From Pseudogymnoascus verrucosus (Eukaryota), in assembly GCA_001662655.1 (NCBI GenBank), contig KV460207.1: a DNA stretch of 64,000 bases; one strand, written 5' to 3'. The notes under the pieces were generated by a model. It was not told where the DNA came from and did not search any database. It was given only the letters and a program-made list of their open reading frames with translations. Made by a program: the position numbers and the translations under genes. This document shows positions 25,991 to 38,797 of the stretch, one piece after another (the first letter of the stretch is position 1; every line of letters begins with the position of its first letter).

Positions 25991-27961
25991 TCAGTCCGAT
26001 TCGGAATCGTAATCGGATTCAATCTCCCTGTACTGGACGAAGGAGAATCGCCCATTGACCATATTTTCGATTGTCTGCTTAATGATTGTCTGCTCCTGAG
26101 GGCTCAACCGGCTCTCAGCAGTGGCGTTCATGATATACAAGTGAATACCATAATTACTTTGCCGTAGATTAGACAGGTACTTCATTATCCCATCAAATGT
26201 GAAAGTCGTCATGGAGTGAAATGATAGGCTTCGAAGTTGGTGTAGCTGTGAGATAGCCCCCCAAACCTCATCACCCATAGTATGACCGCTGACTGATAAA
26301 TCTTCAAGCTATTAGAAATATATTAGCAAGAGAAAAAGAAGGTAATTATATAATAGCATGATAAACGAAACCTCGGCACAGTCAGGGGTCAACGCAACGA
26401 ACATACCTTTGGTAGTGAAACTGCGAGGAGTTCGACTTGAAGGCTTTGGAAGCTATTGGAAGTATCGAGTATATTAAGGTATCGAAGCTCCTTTAGTGAA
26501 CTGAGAGAAGAGACTAGGGTATCAATATCTTCACGAATATTGTCATCGTCATCTTCCTCTGTTTCTGCCCTCAGCTCCAAAGACTCCAATTCAGTTTGAT
26601 TGGCCAGAGATCGATGCAGCTCCTGATTATAGGCAAAGGTATAACCTCTGAGGGTGATGCTATTCAATCGTATTTTGTCGTTCAAACATAGGGCCCTCAT
26701 AATGGCGGGGCCGTCCACAAACCTATTAAGTCGAATGGTTTTTAGTTGCACGCACCCAGTAACCCAGCCGATTAACTCGAGGAAACTATCATTTGCTGTT
26801 GATTCTAGATTAATGCGTCCCTCAGCATCATCTAAGTCGAGATTTATGAGTGCGGTGAGGCCTTTGAGCACCGATAGGGACCTGATCGCTGGGCCTTTCA
26901 GATTACCAAGGGTAAGGTCGACGAGGGACTCCCTGTGCTGCTGGTTCAGTGCCTGGAATGTTTCGCCGGCGATATCATTATAACTGAATACGTGAAGAGA
27001 TTTCAACGTATTCTTTGGTAAAGCATCGAGGAAACCAGCCAAATTAAGATCGACCTTCTCTCCATGACAAGTGTAGATACTCAGACTCTTGAAGCTTTGG
27101 CAGCGTTTCTGAATAACGTCGCCGGCATGTCTATTAAGAACGGTGCCATCCCATAATGCCATAGATTCGAGCCTTGAGAGCCTTCCAATCCAAGTAGGAA
27201 ATTCAACCGGGTCTATATTCCCAGAGAGATCGATGGCATTCAGCGCCGCCACAGTGCCTAGCATATTGGCCGAGTCCCCAACGGATTTGGATATGGAATC
27301 TCCCACCAAATTTATGAAAAGTCGAATATTAATCGGCGTGCGCTTTTTTCCTTTGCTCCTCAGGATTCTGGTATTAATTTGCGTCTCGCTGAACGGCGGG
27401 AGCGACGAGAAGAACGTATCTTGAAAGTTGTCCTGAAAAATATTATCCTCAAGGAGGTCAACCAAGTTCCGAAGGTCAAGAGATTGTATGTAGAGGCAAT
27501 ATGGGTAAACAGTCCCACCAAGACTTGACAAAATAATTGATCTCCACTGCAAGGCCCATTTGGATACTGTCAACTTCATCTGGGCTACACGTGCGGCAAT
27601 GCTCGTCTCTTTAAATTCACCTGTTCTCGACATTTCATCTTCATTGCTTTCCCCGCCTCTAATGGACGCATGCGTATGAATTCTGTTATGAGTCAGCGAT
27701 AGATCATGCAGAGATAATATTAGTGATGTGTATGGCACCGTTCATAATGTAAACAGGTTACACTGTTGCTTTCAAACCAACGTTCGGTGACTTGAATGGT
27801 GCTGACACTGTGAAGCCATAGTCTTACCTATACAGCCACCATAATGCACCTCCTGCCATCTGTTTCCCTGACAGACAAAGATGAAAGAGGGTCCCGAAAT
27901 CGCGACGGTTTGCCAGCTCTTCACATATCATGTTCATAATATCAGGCGGAAGAGAGGCCAT
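25991..27961 (-). CDS. F-box-like/LRR (RNI-like) hypothetical protein
   Basis: Exon 1 MASLPPDIMNMICEEL (LPxDI, F-box-like), YPYCLYIQSLDLRNL, repeated LxxLxL units, acidic tail. Confidence 0.7.
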
Positions 27962-28179
27962 TGTCAACAACAGACCTCAAAAGGTCTCAGAAGACAACAC
28001 TACCCCTCGTGGATAAATCGTATTCTAAACAACTTAACGTATAATTCCAGATTGGATTTTCTTTCAAAATCTGTATTCTTGAAGAATTTTTAATCGTTAA
28101 AATCATACCACAAGGCAGACGTGTATTGTGCTGGAGGTTGTCGCGTTATCTTATCAAGGAAAGACCCACCTTGGAATTC

Positions 28180-28185
28180 ACGCGT
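28180..28185. promoter_or_regulatory. MCB-like element ACGCGT in the RAD9 / F-box divergent promoter
   Basis: ACGCGT about 80 bp upstream of the RAD9 ATG, with a further CGCG at ~28142; consistent with G1/S (MBF) control of a checkpoint gene. Confidence 0.45.
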
Positions 28186-28263
28186 CTACCGAAGTATATT
28201 CGAGGAACGACCTTCGTCAACCTCAAAACAGGAGGGTTACGTCCTGTTATTGACACTCATCTC

Positions 28264-29926
28264 ATGGCTGTCTTAACCTTCACTCTGAGCCCCGAGGCTG
28301 TGGGGAAGATGCATGATGCTCTTATATGCCTGGGAAAGTTCAATGAATCTGTTTCCTTGGAAGCAACACGAGATCACGTGAGTTCCCTGAAAGCAAAGAG
28401 TGTATCGTTATGATTGCTGATTCTATGAAGCTTGTGTTGACAGCTTTGAACACTACAAGGACGGGATATGCGTCCTTCACATTCGCCACCAACAAGTTTT
28501 TCTCTAAATTTATATATAACCCCCCTCGAACCTCGGGTTCCACGAGGGGGAAGTTCACCTGTAGGCTATACAACAAGGTAGACGGCATCTGCATTACATA
28601 TGTAGAACTATTACTTATTTTTTTAGGCTTTGGCATCCATATTCAAGGGCCGATCAGCAGATCCTCTCCGTGAAAAGGATACCGGCATCGAGAGATGCGA
28701 GGTGAGCGTAGAGGACGGAGCTGGAGGGGTCAAGAGCCGCTTCGTCGCTCAAATGATATGTAGGCATGGTAAGAAAGTAGGCCTCAACACTCGTAGGATT
28801 TGAAAGTAACTGTAGACTAGGTGTCATCAAAACATACCAATTGACCTTTGAGTCATCTTCGTCGATGCATGCTCTTTTTAAGCCAGAAATGTCCAAGAGC
28901 CACTGGTCAATACCATCCTGCGTGTTGAGAGAGTTCATTGACCATTTCGGGCCAAAGACTGAACAGCTAGATATCTATGCAAAGGATGGGCGAGCAATAT
29001 TCACGAGCTACACCGAGAAAATAGTTGCGGGGAAGGGTGCGAAGCTCCTACAATCAACATTGACTCGTTGCTAACGCGATCTTAGAAGTACTCAAACAAC
29101 CATTACATACGTCGATCGCCATTGATACCACGGAATTCAGCCAGTTTAATGTCGAAGATATGTTGCACATTATCATAAGCGTCAAAGATTTCAAGGCTAT
29201 CGTCCAGCATGCCGGTAGCTTAGATACTGAGGTCTCAGCAGCCTATTCGTATCCGTCAAAGCCAATGCAGCTGAAATATGGCGACGAGGGCGTGACGAGC
29301 GAGTTTATCCTAATGACTATAGGTGACTATAAAGCTACTTCGGCTGTTCCTTTGCCAAATACAATTATGAGGAATTCAACCTCAGCACCTTCAAGACAAC
29401 ATACAGAAGATCCACCTGTCGCCAATGTTGTGCAACTACCCGCGGCATCCATGCAACCTCCTCCTCGCTCTGGGCCACCGCCAGCCACACTGCTGGGTCA
29501 TCGAGCTCGTGCTCTACGCCATTCACCTCCGTTACCACAGCCAAGCATTGATTCGGATTCCTTGTTTGTCCCAGATGACGAAGAGGATCGAAGGTGGAAC
29601 CCTTCAGGGTACGGAGGCGAAGACGAGGAGTTACTTGGATGGGATGCTGGCACTGACACTGTGAGGACGATTGCTTCAAAATGTTGCGTGTCTTGTGACT
29701 ATGCTGACTTAAATTTAGGATGGACAACTCAAGGCATCGTCTCGTGGGCCCCAAGAGAGCTACCCTGCGGTCAACAGTATACATGGATCAATGGCCCGGA
29801 AACGAAGCGCAAGCCCTTCAAATGTAGCACCTACTCAACGAGTATCCCAGGTCAGAGAACCCTTCCTGAGAATAGCGCCCTTTGCGTTGCTGACATATTT
29901 AGATTCGTGGTATCTTCGACGACTGA
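28264..29926 (+). CDS. rad9: 9-1-1 checkpoint clamp subunit Rad9/Ddc1, multi-exon
   Basis: MAVLTFTLSPEAVGKMHDALICLGKFNESVSLEA, FTCRLYNK, LREFIDHFGPKTEQLDI, IISVKDFKAIVQHA, EFILMT, disordered tail ending IRGIFDD. Confidence 0.88.
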
Positions 29927-30656
29927 TACCGTAGCACTGGACCAGGCAAGCTACAGGCAGGAATACTGGGATCATGAAAGGCGTCTGTTATATATATACC
30001 CCTGAATTATTGTACTGGTCAACACCGTATTGGAAGTTTTACTCAAGATATAACAGGTTGTATACTATTAAGTTATTGCAGGCACTTAGCTAGATACAAT
30101 ACATTCCTGGCTCTTTCAGTAAATTTGTGGCATTCGCATCGACTTGGAGATGCAACCGTGTTTTCAGAACTGGTATGTCTACGCTCTCCGAAGTGGAAGC
30201 CGAGGCGAGAGAAAGGCTTCATATATTAACTGGGTTGGTTAACATGATGCCTTCTCGGTTCCATCCGAATACCATATCCCATGTCGTCCCATGGGCCAGA
30301 CCCCAACAGCTAATATGTGGCGTTTATTGTTACATCCGAGCATCCATGGCAGCATTGAGCTTTCACAGCTAGTGAGGGAAATTCGTTAGTTGTTAAACTC
30401 GATTTGAAACGTAAGATGTTCTCAGGAATGAAGTCTAGGAGAGCTGTATACACAAGGGTTTCCACAGTAGATAGCAATTGAGATGTCACTATGCATGATC
30501 ATTGAAGTCGTTATTTGGATCGTGTTCAATTCTGTGCCCCCGAGCTATTTCGCCGATTTGCGCATTATAACAGTCCGGATACAACTGGCAGACCGCAGCC
30601 CACAAGCCCTCATCAAAATCTACCACGCCCTGTTCCCCGAGAGACCTAACACCACT

Positions 30657-31051
30657 TTATGCAGATTCCTCCCTGGCCGCCTTCTATTGGAAAGAGTCAG
30701 TATTTATCCGATACACATCGAGTAGTGGCGAGACGAACCAGTGCCTTCATTGTTCCGTGCAGGGCATGCTTGTGGTTTCTTCTGAACTTGGGGTCGGTAC
30801 CCTTGAGGGAAGGGTATCTGGAGGTCTTTGGCTTCTTGATACTATCGGCACACACATATTAGCAACTGTCCGGCGGAATAATTGTTCGATTTGCGTAGGC
30901 GATCGATTTTGGATTGTGGTGTCATGGTGGTCCATACCCGTTACGGTGAGCCTTCTTCGACTGGTTGTGCTGGGACGAGTTCTTGGATTCTAGAGAGGTT
31001 CGCCATTAGTGTATACCTGGGAGAAGAAGCATCCTCAAACTTACTCGCCAT
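30657..31051 (-). CDS. RPL29: 60S ribosomal protein L29 (eL29), 4 short exons (first coding exon 7 nt); missed by the ORF track
   Basis: Spliced MAKSKNSSQHNQSKKAHRNG|IKKPKTSRYPSLKGTDPKFRRNHKHALHGTMKAL|KAAREESA. Confidence 0.95.
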
Positions 31052-31644
31052 TTTGACCGATGTTGATTATCGAATCGGAGCTGAAATGGATTTGCTGGTG
31101 TCGGTCGTAATCGTCGCAAAATCACGAAGTTCGCGAAGCGATTATCGAACTGTGGGATCGAGAAGCCCTGACTAGGCTCGTTTAAGACAACCTTATATTC
31201 TGCACGTGACCATACATCATTGCCGTGGAGTGAAGCCTCGTGGTACTTAGTAAATTTGGCCTCTGCCGTCGCGTCGCGTCTTTATTACAACTGCCTGCCA
31301 GTTGCCCTCCTCCTCACTATGGACGAAGATGAAGAACTCATAATCTTACTAGCCATGGGAGCTGCATTTCCGAAGCCTACAGCGTCGGCGTCAGCGAGAG
31401 CGCTATCGAAGCACTTACTAAGGTGTTCCTCTGGACAGAATCCAAAAAGCCTACCCATCTACCAAAAGCATCGATAGACGAAACCAGATTTATCAATGGA
31501 TACAATCGACAGAGGACAGCCGAGAGCCTGTGAACAATGGTAGGGTCTATCCACTACAACATCGTCTGGATTTCTTGAAACACAGAGAACACATGAGCAG
31601 CACATCAAAATCCACAGAAGACGCTCCACCATGAAAGTAAATAA

Positions 31645-33459
31645 TCAATTGTGTTTTAATTTGCTATCATGTTCCATCCAAAAGTTCCTACAAGCTTTAT
31701 GGCCCCAATGCTCAACCCACCACTCCCCGAAGCTGTCCTCCACTTGAACGTCGACTTTGGAAATCCGTTCATCCCGCTTTAGGCCACAAATGAAACAGGG
31801 TTTCGGAGCAGTAACAGCGCCTTCTGCCGCAGTCGCTGTGCGCACCGGCATTGATCCGCTGATCTCAGGCACTATTATATGCCCCGAGGTATCTCGGATG
31901 CTGGAATTGGCAATGGCAACAGCTGAACGGAGACGGCCCACTTGATCCTGCCATGTTCGAATAAACTCGTTTGCCTCTCGGTCCTCGCGGCTTATCTCAG
32001 CTTTGTCGACTCCCACGAGCTTCATGCCACCCTTTCCTCCAGCTGCAGCGGGCCCGATCTTCATAGCCTGTGATAAATGTGTATCGCGTTTCCAGCGGTA
32101 CTTACGGCCTGCTATAATTCGTCCTGCAACGGTTGCCAGGAGAATGTAAGCTCTTATGAAATTGATAGTTGTTGGGTCGGACAGTATCCTGTTCTTGAGA
32201 GAAAATGGCTGGCTTGACACTGGTTGAAAGAGGCTTGACTGCGAGAGATCGAGGAGCTGGGGAAATACAGTCAGTAGCACTGAAGGCGGAGGGATATTGG
32301 TGGGCGGTGGAGCGCTTGGAGAAGAGGTTTGATCTTCCTTTGGCTGGGTCTCTGCCACGTCCCAAGCCCACGAATCTTCCTTTGTTGGCTGCACTATTTC
32401 GTGGGTAGGCGCAACCTCGACTGCATCCCAGTCCCAGGAATTACCACTGGTATGCTTAGAGGTGTCCTCTTTTACCATTGGAGGAGACTGTATGCTCTTG
32501 TTGGCCTTGCTTTCTCGTTGCATATCTGGTTTCCCAAACGAACCATGAAAGGATTCAGCACCTGTCCGAGGACGTGCCGGGCCCGAAGGCGCAGTTGTAT
32601 CTCGTTGCTTCGTGGCGCCAGTACTGCCCCCGTTGAGGTCCAGCCCTGCGAATGGGATAACTTCGTGCAATGAGGCTGATTGTGGTATCTCCGTAGCAAG
32701 AGAGGGGTTCAATGGACGAGACTTGGAGGATGAAGGTAGCGGGTTTTTAGCATCATTAAATCCAGCTAATATAGAATTGTCGTTTGTATATCCACCTTGC
32801 CATTGTTTCTGTGGTGGTGTAACCACAGTCTCAAAGTCTCCGAAGTCATCGTCATCCGAGACATTGTCGGCATCAAATAACACATTTGGATCTTTAGGAA
32901 ATACAGATGCTGGCATAGAACTTGCGGAACTCGGCTTTGGATTTGGCGTATACTTGGTATGGAATCCAGCAGCGGACGACGGGGCTACGTTGGATGTATT
33001 GGGTAAGAAGTTGCCCTGTGGAATTGTCGTAACCCTTGCGGCACCGTATCTTGACTCGTCTGTTACTTGTCCATGCCCCGACCCTATGCTATGCATGCCA
33101 CTGCCAAACAGGTCCGTAGATCCTTGTGTATTGGTGCCTTTGACCGCCTCCGGCTCAGCGATTGGGCTCTCAAAATCTCCCCAACCATCACCATCGTCCT
33201 GTGTCTCTTGCCTGCTCGCCTCCCTAGAACCCCCCGCATCGAAGCCACTGAACGTATTAAAATCGGATATGTCGGTGCTTTGGGAGCTGTATTGGGCAGT
33301 GTGGCTGGGTTGCGCCGAAGTGGCAGGGTTCGAGCTAAAAAACGACAAATCATTCAGGCCAGAGGATGGCTTACTGCTGCCATCACTCGCATTTTTCGAA
33401 TTGCCTTTCTGCGGGGCTACATAGTATGAGTCGAACTCGGCAAGAAGATCAGCAGACAT
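31645..33459 (-). CDS. Hypothetical protein (~600 aa): disordered N-terminus with WGDF/DDFGDF motifs, helical C-domain with CxxC...HxxC
   Basis: Single long ORF; MSADLLAEFDSYY start; VLFDA, DDFGDFE, IAGRKYRWKRD, CFICGLKRDER, HWGHKACRNFW. Confidence 0.8.
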   Translation of the reverse strand: MSADLLAEFDSYYVAPQKGNSKNASDGSSKPSSGLNDLSFFSSNPATSAQPSHTAQYSSQSTDISDFNTFSGFDAGGSREASRQETQDDGDGWGDFESPIAEPEAVKGTNTQGSTDLFGSGMHSIGSGHGQVTDESRYGAARVTTIPQGNFLPNTSNVAPSSAAGFHTKYTPNPKPSSASSMPASVFPKDPNVLFDADNVSDDDDFGDFETVVTPPQKQWQGGYTNDNSILAGFNDAKNPLPSSSKSRPLNPSLATEIPQSASLHEVIPFAGLDLNGGSTGATKQRDTTAPSGPARPRTGAESFHGSFGKPDMQRESKANKSIQSPPMVKEDTSKHTSGNSWDWDAVEVAPTHEIVQPTKEDSWAWDVAETQPKEDQTSSPSAPPPTNIPPPSVLLTVFPQLLDLSQSSLFQPVSSQPFSLKNRILSDPTTINFIRAYILLATVAGRIIAGRKYRWKRDTHLSQAMKIGPAAAGGKGGMKLVGVDKAEISREDREANEFIRTWQDQVGRLRSAVAIANSSIRDTSGHIIVPEISGSMPVRTATAAEGAVTAPKPCFICGLKRDERISKVDVQVEDSFGEWWVEHWGHKACRNFWMEHDSKLKHN

Positions 33460-33808
33460 CGCTGGCTCCTTGCGATGAGAGGATGTGGATGGTGTGGCGC
33501 CCCCAGTATAGATCTTCAAGGCCCGGAACGTTGCGGCTCTCTTCGGGGTGGTGGGGTAAATATCGAGTGGAAACTTCAGCAGAAGGAACCTTCTACTCAA
33601 TCGGAACTCAAAGCCTTCTGTGGAGAAGTGGGGTAGTTTTTGGTCGAATCTTGAGATGTAAATTGTCCAAGATGTTGTTGATATTGGACCCCGGCGAGGG
33701 TTATCGCGGAAGGATACCGCGCCCCACAGTCATCACGTCACGAAGCTCATCAACGACCTTGGAAGCTTGAGCAACCTTGGGAGTTACCAGCCTCCCAGAG
33801 TTGCAGTA

Positions 33809-36298
33809 ATGAGGTCTTTGGAGGAATCGAGGTCAGTTAATACCATCAGAACGTGAGTCTCACTTTTTGACCCTTGACAGGCAGAGGTGGCAAAAGACCA
33901 CAGAGGGAGCCTCTAAAGTTGGTGGCCTCAAGAGCCTAGTTAAGGCCGACGCTGATAGCATATGCGAATCTGGCTTGCGCTCTGTTTGTTGGAAAGTATG
34001 GATGATAGCTGTATGCCCTTTAGATGTACACTGGTAACGATGTGGTTAGGCTTTCTTATTGTTTCAGAGTGTTGATCGTAACACATGGGCGGCGACCAGT
34101 GAGGACTCGAGGGCTGCGTACAGTGCGCTGAAATCTCATTTTCTGAGATTCATTGAACGACCAGGCGACCTTGATTCTACTATCGATCCTCTTAATGATG
34201 ATGACAATGTACGATAAATGCCGTGATCCCCAGACTCAAAACTATACTCCCCACTCTCTCGTTCGCGGCTAACTTCCAGAAGTCTCCCTGGAATACTCTC
34301 CGTAGAGATGAGCAACTTTGCGTCGAAATCACTCAAGATGTCGAAAGATGCATGCCTGACGAGCCATATTTTCGACTCCCCGAGACCCAGAAGACACTTC
34401 TGCACATCCTGTTTATATACTGCAAAATCAATCAGGATATAGGGTATCGGCAAGGTATGCACGAACTTGCTGCACCAATTTTACTGGCTATGCAAAGAGA
34501 TGCACTGGCGCCAATTGCCCCAGAGGGGTCAGTACTTTCGGATGATGGCGACCGTTTAATGTTCACTACACTGGATGCAAGCTTCATAGAGCATGATTCT
34601 TTCACCCTATTCAACTTAATCATGAGGACAGCAAAGTCGTTTTACGAACTCGGTGAGCCTGATAAGAGGCTTAATGCAGGGTCTACATCCAGCTCTCAAT
34701 ATGGATCTTCCCCAATAGTCCAGAGGAGCAAGCAAATACATGAAGTACTGCTTGCCCAAGTCGACCCTGAACTAGCCTTGCACTTGACTCAGATAGAAAT
34801 CTTGCCTCAAATATTTATCATGTAAGTGTTTGATGAGTTATTACTGGTCGAGTAACCTACTGATTTGCATAAGACGGTGGATCAGACTGCTTTTTGGCAG
34901 AGAGTTTCCTTTCGAGGATTTACTGGCGTTATGGGATAGGCTATTTGCAGAAGACCCCGACCTAGAGCTTATAGACATGATTTGTGTTTCGATGCTACTG
35001 AGGATTAGATGGCAGTGTAAGATGGAATTTGAAATAATGAAGTCGAATGAAGCTAATCGTATATAGTGCTCGATGCAGACTACTCTGTGGCGCTTACATT
35101 ACTGTTGAAATATCCCCATCCGACACCTCCTTACGGTCCTCAAACCTTCGTCGAGGATGCTATTTACCTGAGAGAGAACCTCAATCAACCTGCTGGGGCG
35201 AAACTTATAAACAAATATACTGGACGAGCTCCAGTTCCGCCATCATCACGCCCTGTGCCTGCTACCCCCGCTGGACGGGCAAAGCCGCATCGTGCTGAGA
35301 GCAGATTTGCGGGGCGCAAATCGCCTCTACCTTCACCTGCTAGATTCTTGCAAGACCAAGGCGGCGTTGAGGCCCTTCTACAGGGGGCTGCCAAGGGTGT
35401 TTTCGACCGTGGAGAAAGGCTTGGAATTAACCAGGTTGTGCGGGATGCCGTTGATGAGGTAAAGAGGAACATGCAAGGGCTCTCACCCGGACCCGGGTCT
35501 CCTCGCAGGTTCCCTCGTAGCAATGCGCTGTCGGTAGATGAAGTGGTGACAGAGACTGGGAAATCACTGGCTGATTTGGAGGTACGAAACAAGACACTGG
35601 CACTATTACTAAATGGCACAATAGAAGAGATCCAGAAAGCATCCGACTCGACTGAGGATGCATCAACCAAGGCGATATCTATCAATAACGGAATCGAGAA
35701 GCTTAGATTCATAATGCTTCGACTGGAGGACTCTAGCCTACCGCTAGAACCGGACACTCCGCGTGCTGCACCAGATGCCCGAGTTACCGCAACGATTGAA
35801 CCCGAAGAAAAACGTCAAGTTCAAGCAAGCAATGTAGCTACTCCAATTAGCCCACTGAAGGACATTGAAACAACAAATTTGTCGGGAGAAACCCCTCCGC
35901 CAACTGCGGGGTCCTCCCCTACACTCGGCAGGACTATTCCTAGGAGACCAAGGACTTCAGTCAGCCAGCCTTTGGAAGGTCTCGATGCAGGACCAGGCAA
36001 GCCAGGGCAGCCAGCAACTGGGATTCCTGCTCGGTCGACACTGGCTCAGTCGTCGTTCGCGTGGATGCTGGGGCCAGACGAGCACTCGGTCCCATCCGAC
36101 CAACCCGCATTGATGAAGAGCTCGTCGCCATTTTTATCATCTGGTCGCAAACCTGGTTCAAGCACATCCAGGGAGAGAAGCGCATTTCTCTTCGGTGATG
36201 ATGCTGACGAGGATGACGTAAATTCACCGGCGTCTCCTAAACGTGCTGGGAGCAAGGGTGACTTTGGCCTTGAGGCCATGAAAAGGACCGACACGTGA
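33809..36298 (+). CDS. TBC-domain Rab GTPase-activating protein (Gyp6/TBC1D5-like), multi-exon
   Basis: GLRSVCWK, ITQDVERCMP (R-finger), GYRQGMHELAAP (Q-finger), RWIRLLFGREF. Confidence 0.9.
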
Positions 36299-37635
36299 TA
36301 AAATGATACACGATTGATATCCACGGCGGGTGAAATTTAGCTTTTGAGCTTGGAACTATGGAGGTAGAATAGACAGGCTATGCCCCCTGTACACGATGTT
36401 GCACTGTACAAGTAATCATATTGACATGAGAGCCCAGACCTATCTACACTGCATGAACGTGATTACAACACCCAATAATGGGAGCTTCATGGTTAGGCGA
36501 CAGTGGCAGAGAGCACACTGCCAACATCGACTGGAGCAGCACAGCGTTACTCTTCTAGGGTTATGTGATGTGAAGTGAGCTGACCGGGGGGCCTCTGACC
36601 CTTCACAGTGTCTCACAACGCTTGGCCGCGGACATTACCTGCAGGCTCCGGGGGCAAGCTCATGCAGGGCGATTCTTTTGGCAAGCGTGCAACGGCTCGT
36701 CCATAGCTCATACGGCATTTCGAGCGGGAACAAGGGAAGCAAGCACCACCCAATACAGAAAGAGCTCTTCCGCGTCGTTGCATTGTGTGGATATTATAGG
36801 GTAGAAGTGAAGAAGCCAAACAGCGGCGAGCAGCCAACTAACAGTAGCCAACAGAATCAACAGAGCCTAGGATCAACAGCGTCTAGGAGAATGAATTACA
36901 ACCACATATAACCACATATATGCACGAATATCTCCGTAGTTATAGTTGTTATAGTAGTAATTCCAGTAGTGTAGTGGTGATCTCAGTAGTGTATTTATTT
37001 GTAGTGTGAAAGTGTGAAAGTGGTCCGTCCCAGTCCAAGTTGGTGCCACCTCCTGGTACGTACTCCAATATCTGACCCCGCCTTTCTCTTACTAGTAAAA
37101 TTTTATTTCAACCACCACAAAAGAACGAGGTCCCTTCGCGCTAAGCGAGAGCGCTCAAAGCCCAAAAGCTACCGCCTTCTTTCTCCACTCGATTTCTGCT
37201 TGCGATACCCTTCCTCTTCCTTACCTCTCAACAAAGAAACTCATCATCCTCACGGGCAGCTTCACTCTCTGTCACTCCTCCTCCCTCCTCACCTCTCCAC
37301 CTCTTCATACTTCCTCCTCTCATCACCCACCTTCTCCGCCTCCCGATCCCCCCAATAACTTTATCGCACTGTACCCCCCTCGCCACCTTTCTCCAACATA
37401 CTTCCTACGACCTAAGATCGACCTCTTAAGTGAGTCTCACTCCTACGCGATATACAGTGGATGATTCCCACATTCACCTGTTGCTTGCAAATTATCGCGC
37501 CGTGTCATTGCTTTATTAAGCTTCAATGTAAGGTGGGCACTAGATGGCTGACTTGAATTGTGTAGATCCTCCCTCCTGCTACCAACTCGACAATATACCT
37601 TCCCACCTCAAACAAACCCACATCACCAATTCAAG

Positions 37636-38797
37636 ATGTCTCAACAGGATACCCGCGACCAGTCCGGCGCTGAAGATGTCGTTGACGCGATGGATCGCCT
37701 CAACGTTGATGGTGAGCGCCTCGGACCAGATGGCGAGCCAGCCCCAAAGACCGAGGAGGACTACGCCATTGCTCAATTGACCCTCCGCGCGATTGTCTCT
37801 TCCAAGGAGGCCGGTGTTATTATCGGAAAGGCCGGAAAGAACGTCGCAGACCTCCGTGACGAGACTGGTGTGAAAGCTGGTGTCAGCAAGGTCGTCCAGG
37901 GTGTGCACGACCGTATCCTGACCATCACTGGTGGATGCGATGCCATCTCAAAGGCCTACGCGATTGTCGCCAAGGCCCTTCTGGAGGGCGCCCCAATGAT
38001 GGGCATGGGTGGACTTGTCTCAACCACCGGCACTCATCGTACGTCTCAACCCCGCGTTTGTTATCTTCTCAATAGCACCTACTAACGTTGTAATCGTTTT
38101 AGCCATCAAGCTTCTCATCTCTCACAACCAGATGGGCACGATCATTGGCCGCCAGGGTCTTAAGATCAAGCACATCCAGGACGTCTCCGGCGTCAGGATG
38201 GTTGCCCAGAAGGAGATGCTTCCCCAGTCCACCGAGCGAATTGTCGAGGTCCAGGGAACCCCAGAGGGTATCCAGAAGGCGATCTGGGAGATCTGCAAGT
38301 GCCTGATCGATGATTGGGAGCGCGGAACCGGCACTGTCCTCTACAACCCAGTTGTCCGCACCCAGACCGGTGGCGGACAAGGCGGCGTTCGCAACGAGGG
38401 CCGCGAATACAGCAGCCCACGTGTGATGCGCACCGGCAACGGAGCCGATTTCAGCCAGGAGGCACCAAGGACCTTCAACCGCCGCTCTGATGGCGAGACT
38501 GCCGGCCGTGGCGTCCCAACACACGACGAGAACGGAGAGGAGATCCAGACACAGAACATCAGCATTCCTTCCGACATGGTTGGATGCATTATCGGCCGTG
38601 GTGGAAGCAAGATCAGCGAGATCCGCAAGACCTCCGGCGCCAGGATCTCTATTGCCAAGGCTCCTCATGATGACACTGGCGAGAGAATGTTCACCATCAT
38701 GGGCAGCGCCAAGGCCAACGAGACCGCACTTTACCTCCTGTACGAGAACCTCGAGGGCGAGAAGATGCGCCGCAGCCAGGGCAACGCCCAGGAGTAG
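37636..38797 (+). CDS. Three-KH-domain RNA-binding protein (hnRNP K/Rnc1/Hek2-like); intron ~8 nt into 38039-38102 and a 5'UTR intron ~37430-37566
   Basis: Three GxxG KH loops: IIGKAGKNV, IIGRQGLKI, IIGRGGSKI. Confidence 0.92.
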
